Assembly: GCA_951406725.2 (NCBI GenBank)
Contig: OX597832.1
Span: forward strand, 36,518,001-36,582,000
Length of the DNA: 64,000 bases
From: Octopus vulgaris
Taxonomy: Eukaryota
Direction of reading: 5' to 3'
In this document: positions 14,280 through 25,773 of the stretch, piece by piece
Position numbering within the stretch: position 1 is the stretch's first letter
Layout: each line of letters opens with the position of its first letter
The notes under the pieces: generated by a model
What the model was told of the DNA's origin: nothing
The model's database searches: none
The model's input: only the letters and a program-made list of their open reading frames with translations
Translations under genes and position numbers: made by a program

Positions 14280-16279
14280 GTTGCTATTGTGATGGTCACT
14301 TCCGCTTATGGTCATCTTGTTTTTCCTTGTTCTGTAGCCCTACACTAATCCTGACCCTGTAGACCTATAGTCAAAGATGTTCCAACTATGACCATCCTGT
14401 CTCATTAAGATATAGTGTATCTAGAACAACATGAACTACTGTATAATCCTTTTTTTTTTTAATAGTAATGTGAGATAGTAGCTATTGTTTAGCTTCTGGT
14501 TATCCTTAAGCCAGCGGGCATTTGGTCAAGAACATCCCCCACCATAACTATTCTATCATTTTTCATATTGCAGACAGTGTATCTAGGACTATATTATTCA
14601 ATGTCTGCTTCGTCTTTTAAGATAAGATGTGGTTTAAGGGAGATCTGACTGCTGTTTCTAGCAGCTTAGGAGAGTACCTAGAAACCAGTTTGTTGGCTCC
14701 AACTGGGGCCCTTATTGTTGGTGTAGTTATTGTTGTTTTAAGGTGTTTCTCTTTTATTTCTTCTGGAATATTCTCCCAAAGTTCTCCAGCAATCAAAGGC
14801 TGGTGTTGCTTGTTTTAAAGATTTAACTTAAATAACGTGCAGCGTATGTAAAGCGGCAACGATTAAGCTGCAACAGTCCCACCTCGGTCATTATCTAATG
14901 TCCTCAGTTTAGAAAGAACACACAAAAGAATTTAAAATGTCGATTTAATTACAGTCATCTTGTGAAGAAATTGTGGTTGTCGTTAATTACATACATTTTG
15001 CTGAGAACCTACCAATTGTAGTCATTATCGATGACCACTGTAGATATTAATCTTGCTATTTAAGGCCTGCTTTGGCCGTTGTTGCACCTGTTGATGTGTT
15101 ATACACTATGGGTGCATGTGTGTGTGTGTGTGAGAAAGAGAAATAAAGGTAGGGAGGGAGGGAAAGAGAGAGAGAGAGAGAGTTTCCGTGTGCAACGGAC
15201 TGATACACTTTAACCGTCGCATGCAGTGTTTATTTGCAGTAGGGACTCAATCACGTGCAACATTTATTTGTCGTAGGACCTCAACAATTCCAGCAGGACA
15301 CTTTTGATTTTTAATTTTATATTTACTCTATGTAATTAAAAACTATTAACAAACAATTTGGTTCTGTGGAATTGCAGAAGAACAAACCGGAGGATTTAGT
15401 GTTCCGGTGATTATTACGTATCCAAACTACACTTCAACAGAATGGTTTCTAATTAGTTGCCATGTAGAAATCTTGCTAACACCTTTGTATCCTTCCTGCT
15501 TTCTATTGTTAATCTGTTTGAGTCATTTTTCCATATCACCTCCCCTTCCACATACACTCCAATAATGGTGAAGTTTTAAGTATAATGTCCTTATTCTTTC
15601 ATTTGTTTCAGAAGTAATATTCTCATAGTTCAAAGCCGAAATTCTTTGATCTCTTGAAATGCCAAAATTGGCCTTTTGTTTGTATTTCCAGTAAGAATAT
15701 TCCACAAGAAAACATTTAGATATATTTAGACATTTTATTTATTTATTTATTTATTTTACCCAACTCAAGAACTACATTATTTTATCCTGCTCCATGTTGT
15801 TGAAAATGCCAAACCAACTTAATGCTGGTATTCTTTCAGATTCATTCTCTTAGGCTTAAATTTTTCTGTTCTTTCATAACTGAAAATACAACCGCTAATA
15901 CATTATCTATGACTAGCAACAACGCTTGGCTTCATTAACCTAAGATAACAGAGTGGAACAGCCAGTTATGTCATTGCTTAAATCTTAGAAAAACACCTTA
16001 AAACATTTTGATGTACCATTTGATGAGCAGAAAGATTTATTCTGGGAAAACTGGTGATGGTGTGTGTTGGCAGTTAATGTCATTTGCAAACCTAGAATAA
16101 CACTATAGCACTAATTAGACATGTCATTAATTAACCTAGTGTAATGCTATAGAACATTTGGATAGGTCATTAGTTAACATAAATTAACTCCAGAGAGCAG
16201 TTTGACATGTTAGTTAAACCTAGGTTAAAGCTATAAAGCAGGTAGACATTTTTTAATCTCTGATAACACTAGAGCAGCT

Positions 16280-16569
16280 TATTCTCCAGACCTTTCTCCT
16301 ACCGATAACCACTTTTTCAAGCACTTTGAAGGTTTCTTGCCAGGGAAGGAGTTCAAAAATCAAACCAATGCTGAAAGTGCATTCAAAGAGTTCATCAGCT
16401 CCAGAACTCCAGATTTTTATATAACCAGAACAAACAAACTTGTAACTCATTGGCAAAAATGTGTTGATTGTAATGGTACTTACTTTGGTGAATAAAATAT
16501 CCACATTGTTGAAAGATATTGTGATGAATTTCATGCTTCAAAATGTTGGTTACTTTTTACTCAGCCTGA
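16280..16569 (+). mobile_element. Mariner transposon 3' fragment (transposase C-terminus and right TIR)
   Basis: Open frame 16280-16495 reads YSPDLSPTDNHFFKHFEGFL...FISSRTPDFY...KLVTHWQKCVDCNGTYFGE*, with the mariner YSPDL and WQKCV..NG.YF motifs. TIR-like TTACTTTTTACTCAGCCTGA ends at about 16569. Confidence 0.9.
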
Positions 16570-19098
16570 TGTGTATATTAATATGTTTTGGCCAGATGCA
16601 TCTGCTGTCATCTGGTTAGCAAAGAGCGAGAGAAAAATAAGGAGAGATAAGTGTTAATAATGTGAGGTAAAAAGAAAGTTATTATGCTAAGATGCTGTCA
16701 AGTGGTTAGTTCAAAAGGGAAACAGAGAGAGAGAGAGAGAGAGAGATTGTGTGTGTGTGTGTGTGTGTGTGCTAGTACTGAGAGGCAAAGGAAAAGGTAT
16801 TGCTGTTACATTGTGTGGTTACTTAGTTGGAGAAAGAACTAGAAAGTAGAGAGAGATATAAACATGTTAAATGCAGGGGCGTGTGGTATAGTTGAAGTGA
16901 GAGGTAAAGAGAGAGAGTGTCAACTGAAAGGAGCCCGGGAATGGAGAGCAGTTTCATGAATTTATATGTAGTATAACAGAATATTGTGACAGGCAATAAG
17001 AATAAAAGTTTAGTTGTTTTTTACAGGTTTTAATGTTCAACCATTTCTATACGTTGTAGATATTTTGTAAGTAAAAGACAGGTTGGTGGTAACTAAGCTT
17101 TCATATAGGTTTATGGTAATAACCTTGAAGGTAAAAGATAGGAAAATAAAAAAAGGGCAAAGAACAAAGAAGTAAAGAGAAAGTAAAAGAAAGGAAAATG
17201 GAAACTATAGGAATCCAACAGTTGTTGTTTCAAGTTAAATCAAAGTGAAATAACCTTAGTAAATAGCTGTTATTGTTACTTTTACCTTTTTTACGTGTAG
17301 CAGCCCAAAGGCTGAGTCCATGCTGGGGCACCGCAATTATTTAGGTTTTTTTTAAAAGTATAATATGATAGATAAGAAGGTACATATAGGAAGAGATTGA
17401 GTGACGGCCCCTTCAATATTGCCTGGGTGAATTTTTACATCTTTTAGAATCAAAGGTTTCAGAAAAATATACAGTTTCATCATACTATTTTCAAAATAAT
17501 CGTAGAATTTCCACGGGTCCTATTAGTAATCAAATATTATAATTTGCTACTAATTCACTGGTGAAGATGCGTGGCTCAGTGGTTAGAGTGTCACTCACAA
17601 TCATGAGGTAGTGACTTAGATTCCTGGACCTGACTCTGTGTTGTGGTCTTGAGTAACGTCACTGGTGCCAAGCTGTATGCATGGGCATCTGCTGGTCTTC
17701 CACAAACAACCTACCCAGACTTGTGCCTCAGAGGGTAACTTTCTAGGTGCAATCCCATGGTCATTCATGACCAAAACAGTTCTTTACCCTTTTTACTAAT
17801 TCACCAATATAGAATGTTTGAAGCATCTCTCATATTTGGTAAACTCCTTGCTACAATTCTCCACAAAGCCATTTTTTAAAAATTAATCTTCTACTGCACT
17901 TTCACTCTCTTTTTTTTTTTTAGCTGACAATTTTAATTATCAGAATGTAATTAAAATTTATATTTATAAATATTTTCATCTTTTTCAAAATGGTAATATT
18001 AATTATAATTCTTTACGTTTCTTTATTTTCATTTCTGGTTGCTATTTTTCTTGCTCCTGTACTTATGTATACATATGTATGCACACGCATACATACATAC
18101 ATACAGTATATATATGTATATATGCATACATATCTATAGATACAGGTACACATATATACATATATCTGTACACACACATATCTATATACATGTACATAGA
18201 TATATATATAACAATAAATTAAATATATATGTAGTGAAAGTGCATGGCTTAGTGGTTAGGGTGTTGCATTCATGATTGCAAGATAGTGGGTTCGATTCCC
18301 AAATTTTATGGGTGAGTGTATTAAATTATATAAGGCACTAAAAGAGAATGATTCTCCCCAGATACAACAGTATATATATATATGCGGGAGTGTGAATGTG
18401 TGTATATATATATACACACACACACATATGTATACATGTATAGTTATATAAGTGTCTAAATATATATGTATTATATTACGTGTATGCATATAAACACCTA
18501 TGTCTATATGAGGATGAAGTTACGTACATACACATATTTGTGTGTGTGTATGTGCATGTATGTATACATGTTTGTGTGTGTATGTATGTAGACATGAACG
18601 CAGGAGGTTTATGTCTATGTATTGTGAGAATATGGTTGTGTGTATTTTTTATCTTTTCTTTTTTTTCTTTTCCTATCTATTAGAGTAACTTCCCTTTTAT
18701 TCACCGGTCTTTCATAGCATCTGTTGCCATTAATAGCCGGCAAAAATGCATCGTAGCTCTTCGCTCTGACATTCGAAACTCCGAGTACTATAATGACAAC
18801 TTTTTACTGTTTGTTATAAATTATAATATATATAAATATCATCTATTTATCTAATATCAAAGTCTCATTTTTTTGTTGTTACTTTTTATTATCAAATTAC
18901 CTCCTGTACGCCTGGAGCATTCTCTCTAAGAGGCTAGTACAGACTGTATTGAATAGTTGCTATTAATCGGTTGAGGACTTTCTCCCACAGAAGAATCTAA
19001 TATAGATCCTTACATAATACTGTTCTATATTCAAGAGATGAGGAATTATGTACATTATTTACAATTGACAGATATTTGTCCTCATCTTGTTTGTTGTT

Positions 19099-19144
19099 AA
19101 CACAACGTTTTGGCTGATATACCCTCCAGCCTTCATCGGGTGTC
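19099..19144 (-). ncRNA. Minimal type I hammerhead ribozyme motif, family 1 (mutated: U4C, G12A)
   Basis: Reads GACAC-CCGAUGA-A-GGCUG(GAGGGUAUAU)CAGCC-AAAA-CG-U-U-GUGUU. Stems I and II pair, and stem III is the palindromic ACGU. Confidence 0.78.
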
Positions 19145-19425
19145 TTGGGGAAATTTCGAACCTGGGTTCTCATTCCTAAGGTATTTTTTGATGTTATTAT
19201 TCAGGTCACTGCCTGGAATCGAACTCGAAATCTTGGGGTTAGTAGTCTGCACTCTTAACCACTACGTCATATTCCCATGGGCATATGACCTAGTGATTAA
19301 GAGCGCGGGCTACTAATTCCAAGATTCCGAGTTCAATTCCAGGCAGTGACCTGAACAACAACAACAACAGCAACAACATCGAAAAATACCTTAAGAATGA
19401 GAATCCAGGTTCAAAATTTTCTCAA

Positions 19426-19471
19426 GACACCTGTTGAAGGGTGGAGGGTATATCGGCCGAAACGTAGTGTA
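19426..19471 (+). ncRNA. Minimal type I hammerhead ribozyme motif, family 1 (mutated: A6U)
   Basis: Reads GACAC-CUGUUGA-A-GGGUG(GAGGGUAUAU)CGGCC-GAAA-CG-U-A-GUGUA. Confidence 0.75.
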
Positions 19472-19530
19472 TAACAACAAGCAAGATGAGGACAAATATT
19501 TGTCACTTGTAAATAATGTAGATCCTTACA

Positions 19531-20805
19531 ATATTGATTACTTAATGAAAAACATACCATCCAAGGAACTATAGTCTAAAAAACTACTGGAGAAAATTAC
19601 AGATCTTATTAAACATATGAGATAAAAGGCCTTCCATTACAACACTGAAGAGACTATCACAGAGAAGATACACCATGAAATTAAATCAAAGAGATTTCCT
19701 CCCAAAATCAAGGACTCAGAAGACTTCGAAACAGATCTACTGAAGCTTATAAACAAAACCAAATTTCATAAGTCCTTTAACACTTTACAACAGAAACTGA
19801 AAAAAGACATTAAAAACTAAAAAAAAAAACAGCACTTTTTTCTGATAAAACCAAGAACTTATAACTTGTAGACAACAGCACATACTCACAACTCCTACAT
19901 AACAATGTTATTAGTAATTTGACTAAAGCTAGACTGCAAGTTTATAACGACATTAATAAAAAAGCTAGTATCATTGCCACTAGGTTTAAATAAAAAAAAA
20001 AAATAGAAATCCCCCCCAAAAAAGAAGGCCTTTATAACTATTAAGGACCGTAAAAAGTTCCTAACTAATCCTCAATGCAGACTAATGAACCCTGCAAAAT
20101 CAGAAATTGGTATAATTTGTAAGGAAATTTTAATAAAAATCAATGTTAAAGTTAGAAGGGCAACTGATTTAGTAGAATGGTTCAATAGTACAGAAGTTAA
20201 CTGATTTAAAGCAATTAGAAATAAGAATAAAGCAAGATTTACAGAATTTGATATTGTAGATTTCTGTGCATCTATTTCTAGAAAACTGCTAGATAAAGCC
20301 CTCACTTTTGCAAGCGATTTCACAGAGATTAGTGAACAAGATAAGGATATAATCCTCCATGCTAGAAAGACCTTACTCTTCAACGAGAACACAGAGTGGG
20401 TCAAGACAGCAGACTCAGTGGGTTCTTTCGATGTGAGCATGGGGTCATATGGAGCAGGCATATATGATCTCATTGGGCTGTTCCTGCTTGACACGTTAGG
20501 AAAAGCTTTTCCTGGTGTATATTTCACTATTTATAGGAACGATGCTCTAGCTTCAGCTAAGAAGACCAATGGACCAGTGCAAGATCACTTAAGGAAGGAT
20601 ATTATCCATCTTTTGAAAACGTTTGATCTTAGCATAATGATACCAATCTGATGGTTGTCAATTTCCTTGACATATTTCTAGATTTACAAAAGAAAATTTA
20701 CAAATCCTATGGAAAGCCCAACAATAGACTTAATTATATTAATGTAGGTTCCTGCCAACCCACCCCCGTAGTGTTTAAGAATTTAGTTAAGAATATTAGT
20801 AAGGA
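19531..20805 (+). pseudogene. Decayed Penelope-like element reverse transcriptase ORF; its first codons lie at 19002-19014, before the nested insertion
   Basis: Frameshifted translation gives DPYNIDYLMKNIP...LLEKITDLIKHMR*KAF, FITIKDRK.F..NPQCRLMNPAKSEIG, FTEFDIVDFCASISRKLLDKALTFA, FDVSMGSYGA, IYRNDAL (YRDD decayed), VNFLDIFLDL and KPNNRLNYINVGS. These are motifs of PLE RTs common in marine invertebrates. The ORF is 3'-truncated. Confidence 0.85.
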
Positions 20806-21107
20806 TATATATTTGCAGAGGAAGGCCTACTTTTTAGTGACAGCCATGATTGTCACATGCTGATGACGGGTCCGTGTGTATCATAGGTTGAAGACGGGAA
20901 GGATGGCTTCCCTTTGCAAATACTGATAGGGCACAGAAAGTGTGTCTATAGCCTGCTGGAGGAGGTGTCCTCCTGGGGCTACAAGCTACAGTAGCATCCA
21001 CCCTTAGGGGTTAGCCATATTTAAATGGCAAATATACCTCACGATGTGTTGCAGCTACTGTTTATTCCTCACTCAGAGATTTGTTTTTGCTTATATATTT
21101 ATATCTA

Positions 21108-21351
21108 TACTTTTTACTCTTTTACTTGTTTCAGTCATGTGACTGTAGCCATGCTGGAGCACCACCTTTAGTAGAGCAAATTGACCCCAGGTCTTATTGT
21201 TTGTAAGCCAAGTACTTATTCTATCAGTCTCTTTTGCCGAACCGCTAAGTTACAGGGATGTAAACACACCAGCATCGGTTGTCAACTGATGTTGGGGGGA
21301 CAAACACAGACACACAGACATATACACACACACATACATACATACATATAT

Positions 21352-21386
<35 letters not shown>

Positions 21387-21530
21387 CGACAGGCTTCTTT
21401 CAGTTTCCATCTACCAAATCCACTCACAAGGCTTTGTTCAGCCCGAGGCTATAATAGAAGACACTTGCTGAAGGTGAACCTGGAACCATGTGGTTGGTAA
21501 GCAAGCTACTTACCACACAGCCACTCCTAT
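21108..21530 (-). mobile_element. tRNA-derived SINE family A
   Basis: Reads ACTCTTTTACTTGTTTCAGTCA ... TACCACACAGCCACTCCT. Confidence 0.85.
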
Positions 21531-21532
21531 GC

Positions 21533-21596
<64 letters not shown>

Positions 21597-22711
21597 AGAT
21601 GTTAAGTACCCATCAAAGGGATATTGAATATCCAATATACTACTGGGTGTATACCTACATATATAGTTCTAAATATATGTTTACACACCAGCATTGAAAT
21701 GAAATACACAGTCAGCCCCTCCCTGCAATTGTAGTCTAGAAGTCTAGAAATATTTTAACTGGGACATTTTCACCTTTGCCTTTTTGTTTGGACACTTTCT
21801 CGTAAGCTTGAAATTATGACTCAGACCTCCCCGTAATGTAATAACACTTCCTAAATACTAATTTAGTGTATAATTTATCTCTGCATTTTAATATGATAAT
21901 ATACTAACCAGCTACTTTCCCCTGATAGAGCCTCGTAGCTTTTATTTATAGCTTGTTTACTTTTCCAGTAATTGTTTTGTCCATTACTTGTCTCATTTAG
22001 AAAATTACTTGCTAATTTGATATATATCTCAGATATATTCATATAAAACACTATATCCATATCTATAAGTGCTTTTCATCGTCCATTCATTAGTAACGAC
22101 CCCTAGAATATCCATTTCTGAATTAAAAATTTATTTTTTTGTTTTTACTTGTAATTTATTGATAGTTTTAACGGACCTGAACAATACCATTGTTTTCAAA
22201 TATTAGTTGACCAATTAAGTTGTTGGCTTCATTTTCACCTCACCCTACCACACTTAGGGGTATTGGGATTAGGTTTCTGTTAATAAGTAACAAATAATAA
22301 CATCACACTAAGGTTTTACTCATTGTTTTCTTTCATTGATATACTTATGGATTGAATTGCTCCAAGTTAATTTAATTCTCCCAGTTCCTTTTATAATGCT
22401 GTATCTATTAAATAGCAATTAGCCTCTGACTTCTGACCCCTGTGACATGGACCTTACCATTTAACTCACTACACATCATTTTACTCTCGCTATTTCCCTC
22501 AGTATCGTTGAAACATGATGGAACCCACAGCCTGCAGGAATTTCTCCTGAATGTGACTTTATTTACCTTAAGATGTAATACCATGGATTATAATAGCACC
22601 TTAAAATGAAGTTCTTAACATTCCTTACTAATTCTGTTATATTATTTTTATTTTTATTTTACTGCTTTATTTTAACTTAGTTTTCAACATGTTAGTTTCC
22701 TAACATTTGGT

Positions 22712-22834
22712 CTCTCTGATGAAGCCTTGGGGCTCAACCATTGTCCCATCCCTGTCCAATGTGTGTTCTATTACTGGCGTGATGAGGATAACTTGGACGT
22801 TTTGGCAGCCCCATGGTAGAAGCGACTGCAAGAG
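22712..22834 (+). ncRNA. Type I hammerhead-like motif, family 2, with a long stem II
   Basis: Reads CUCU-CUGAUGA-A-GCCUUGGGGCU...GUCCAA...UUGGAC...AGCCCCAUGGU-A-GAAG-C(GACU)G-C-A-AGAG. The 15.1/16.1 pair is G-C instead of A-U. Confidence 0.6.
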
Positions 22835-23017
22835 TTTAGTATTTGTACACTCATCTATTCTTATTCGTCTCTATTTATATATTTATTTACGTATTTATTG
22901 GCTTATTTCAGTTGTTTCCTTGGATCACTTACACATGATTGTAATCAATTAATAAATAGAAAGATTACAGTCTGATGTTTGTCGATTATTTATCCTCTCC
23001 ATTCTCTTATTTGGCTT

Positions 23018-23111
23018 ATACATGTATGTATGTATATATATATATATTTTATGTTTCTATATGTATATATATATATAGAGAGAGAGATAGATAGATAGAT
23101 ATATAATTATG

Positions 23112-23150
<39 letters not shown>

Positions 23151-23430
23151 GTTTCTATATGTATATATATATAGAGAGAGAGATAGATAGATAGATATAT
23201 AATTATATATGTATATATATATAGATAGATATATAATTATATATGTATATATATATAGATATATATAATTATATATCTATATCTATAATTATATATATAG
23301 ATATATAATTATATATGTATATATATATAGATATATATAATTATATATCTATATCTATAATTATATATATAGATATATAATTATATATGTATATATATAG
23401 CTAGATAGATAGATATATAATTATATAATA
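23018..23430. repeat. Complex (TA)n/(TAGA)n minisatellite with repeated palindromic ATATATAATTATATAT units
   Basis: Directly visible, including a duplicated block TTTATGTTTCTATATGTATATAT...GAGAGATAGATAGATAG. Confidence 0.9.
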
Positions 23431-23522
23431 TTATTTTACATTTAGATATAACTGGGGTATTTATGTGTACTCATGACTCTTGCTTCTGCTTTTTTCCATG
23501 GGTGCTTGTAAGTATTTCATTT

Positions 23523-23600
23523 ATTCATCGTATTCTCTACTGAAGGGGGAAAAATCCGTGGAATTAATCCTGAAATTGATTCAATATAGAGATAATGAAT
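23523..23600 (+). ncRNA. Type I hammerhead motif, family 3 (A9G)
   Basis: Reads AUUCAU..UCUCUA-CUGAAGG-GGGA(loop)UCCU-GAAA-UUG(AUU)CAA-U-A-UAGAGA..AUGAAU. All three stems pair. Confidence 0.72.
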
Positions 23601-23882
23601 TAAAAAAAAAATTCTGTTGCCTTGCCTTCCTCGATTCCAACATGACATGTATTCATGGTGAATATATGTTGTAATGTGTTGATTAACGATTTAAAGTCTA
23701 TTCTCAGCATATTGGCATAGAAATCTTTTTTCTTTTGCCATTGTTTATAATTGTTTATGATTTTCACCTTTAAAGGTATTTTAATATGCTGCCACTTGGA
23801 TGAAATTTTTTTTGAAAAAAAATTTATCCTATATTAGAAGTAAATATATATATATATATATATATGTATATACACACACACA

Positions 23883-24566
23883 AAAATTATATAATTATAA
23901 TCAGAATTATAATTAGGGTTCAGCAAATATTGCTTCACCACATACCGAAATTTAGAAATAGCAGTTAAATACTATTCCACAACCATAAGATATCTCCCAG
24001 ACAGTAATACTCTCAACTAACGCAGATAAAGAGAAAAATAACGAATCCACCCAGCTTTGATTAACTATATACACGTTTCTGGGTTAAAGAGATGTAAAAT
24101 CCTATTTCTACTCACTTATTCCTGTCGTCAATATAGTATTTCAGTTTTAAATTTGAGAGCACTGATAATTAATATACGTAGTTGACCAAGTGCCATTGAA
24201 CAGCCTATATCCAAAAACCAGTTCTTCTGAATTCGAACAGATGAATGAGATCTTGCATTCTTCCTCAACCACCCACGTGTGCCACGTGTTATTCTGCAGA
24301 ATCTGCAGTTTACTATCAAGGAGTGAATTATATTATCAATAATGGTAAAGGGTAAAATTAATTAATCAATTAATAATTTTACCAAGTTCATTAACCTTAT
24401 ACAAAAATTCTATAATTATAAGCATAATTATAATTGGGGTTCAGCAAAAATTGCTTCACCACATACCGAAATTTTGAAATAGCAGTGAAATACTATTCCA
24501 CTACCATAAGATATCTCCCAGACAGTAACTCTCAACTGATGCAGGTAAAGAGAAAAATAATGAATG
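23883..24566 (-). mobile_element. Partial-tandem (pLTR-like) repeat unit containing the family 4 hammerhead
   Basis: About 160 bp at 23883-24045 (ATAATTAGGGTTCAGCAAA...AAAGAGAAAAATAACGAAT) recurs at about 24405-24566, a period of about 520 bp. It is flanked by TA/CA microsatellites. Confidence 0.65.
24064..24137 (-). ncRNA. Minimal type I hammerhead motif, family 4 (CpG-decayed)
   Basis: Reads ACUAUA-UUGACGA-CAGG...CCCA-GAAA-CGUG-U-A-UAUAGU. Reversing CpG decay gives stem II CGGG/CCCG and palindromic stem III ACGCGU. Confidence 0.62.
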
Positions 24567-25031
24567 CATACATATACATATATACTTTCACATATATTCC
24601 TTTACATATATACTTTTACATATATACTTTCACATATATACCTTTACATATATACTTTTACATATATACTTTTACATATATAGTTTCACATATATACTTT
24701 TACATATATAATTTTACATATATACTTGTACATAGATACATGTACATATGTGTGTGTATGTACATGTGTGCACGTGTATATATGTATAAATATATATAAA
24801 TATGAATATATACAAATATAAATACATGTAAATATATAAATATATATAGTATTGACAACCGATGGTGGTGTGTTTACATCCCCGTAACTTAGCGGTTTGT
24901 TGAAAATGACCGATAGAATAAGTACTGGGCTTACAAAGAATAAATGCTGAGGTCAATTTGTTTCAACTAAAACATTGTGCTCCAGCATGGCCGCACTCAA
25001 ATGACTAAAATAAAAGAATAAAAGAACATGA

Positions 25032-25069
<38 letters not shown>

Positions 25070-25239
25070 TTATACCGTTTATCATTGAAATCCCAGAAAC
25101 ATTCACAATCCAGATATATTTTCATTTCAGTTTGTCTAACGAACCGTTTCTCTTTTGGTAATCAGTGAACCTGGCATCAATTAGGTTTGTGGCAGGATAT
25201 TTCTTGTAAGTTGTTATTGTTGGTCCAGCTTGACTCTTA

Positions 25240-25724
25240 ACGTTTGTGATAAAAAGGAAGAGGAACAGGGTAAGGAAAATGATGAACTGGTGATGGTGAA
25301 GAGGATGGGGATAGAGATAACGATGAAGAGGAATGGTAATGGTCTTAAAGATAAGTGATAATGAAGACAATGATGACAATGACGTTGATAATAGTGATGA
25401 TGATGATTGTAATGGTCATAACATTTGATGATGATGATCATGATGGTGATGGAGATGACTTAAAGGTAGTAATGTTTTCTTTGGATCAAGTCATAGAGAA
25501 ACCATAGAAGTATTGGAGGGTGGGCGGGTGGGGGGTTAAGACTTAATGGAAACAAAGCCAGAACAATTTTAATAACTGATATTGTTTATGCAATTGATTA
25601 TGAATTTAGTGATGATGATGATGGTGGTGATGATGATAGTGGTGAAATGGTGGTAGTGATAATGGTGATGATGATGATGACGGTGATGGTAGTTATGGTG
25701 ATGCTGATAGTGGTGGTGGTTGTA

Positions 25725-25773
<49 letters not shown>

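Larger units (their letters stand above)
19015..19518. mobile_element. Non-coding fold-back PLE-derived element: two head-to-head copies of tRNA-like head + body + hammerhead motif, 12-bp TSD
   Basis: Arms 19015-19277 and 19278-19518 are reverse complements around CCCATGGG. TAGATCCTTACA is directly repeated at 19003-19014 and 19519-19530. The arm sequence matches the 3' region of the GIY-YIG fragment at 45010-45140. Confidence 0.88.

Noticed and set aside
18705-18800. GAAA-CTCCGAG-T-A-CTAT upstream of the PLE RT, with ATAG as possible stem I partner
   Set aside because: CUGANGA is missing. At best a deleted half-motif, so it is not called.
19279-19351. tRNA gene
   Set aside because: The acceptor stem does not pair well and the sequence is embedded in a dispersed repeat. 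It is treated as a tRNA-derived head, as are all SINE heads here.
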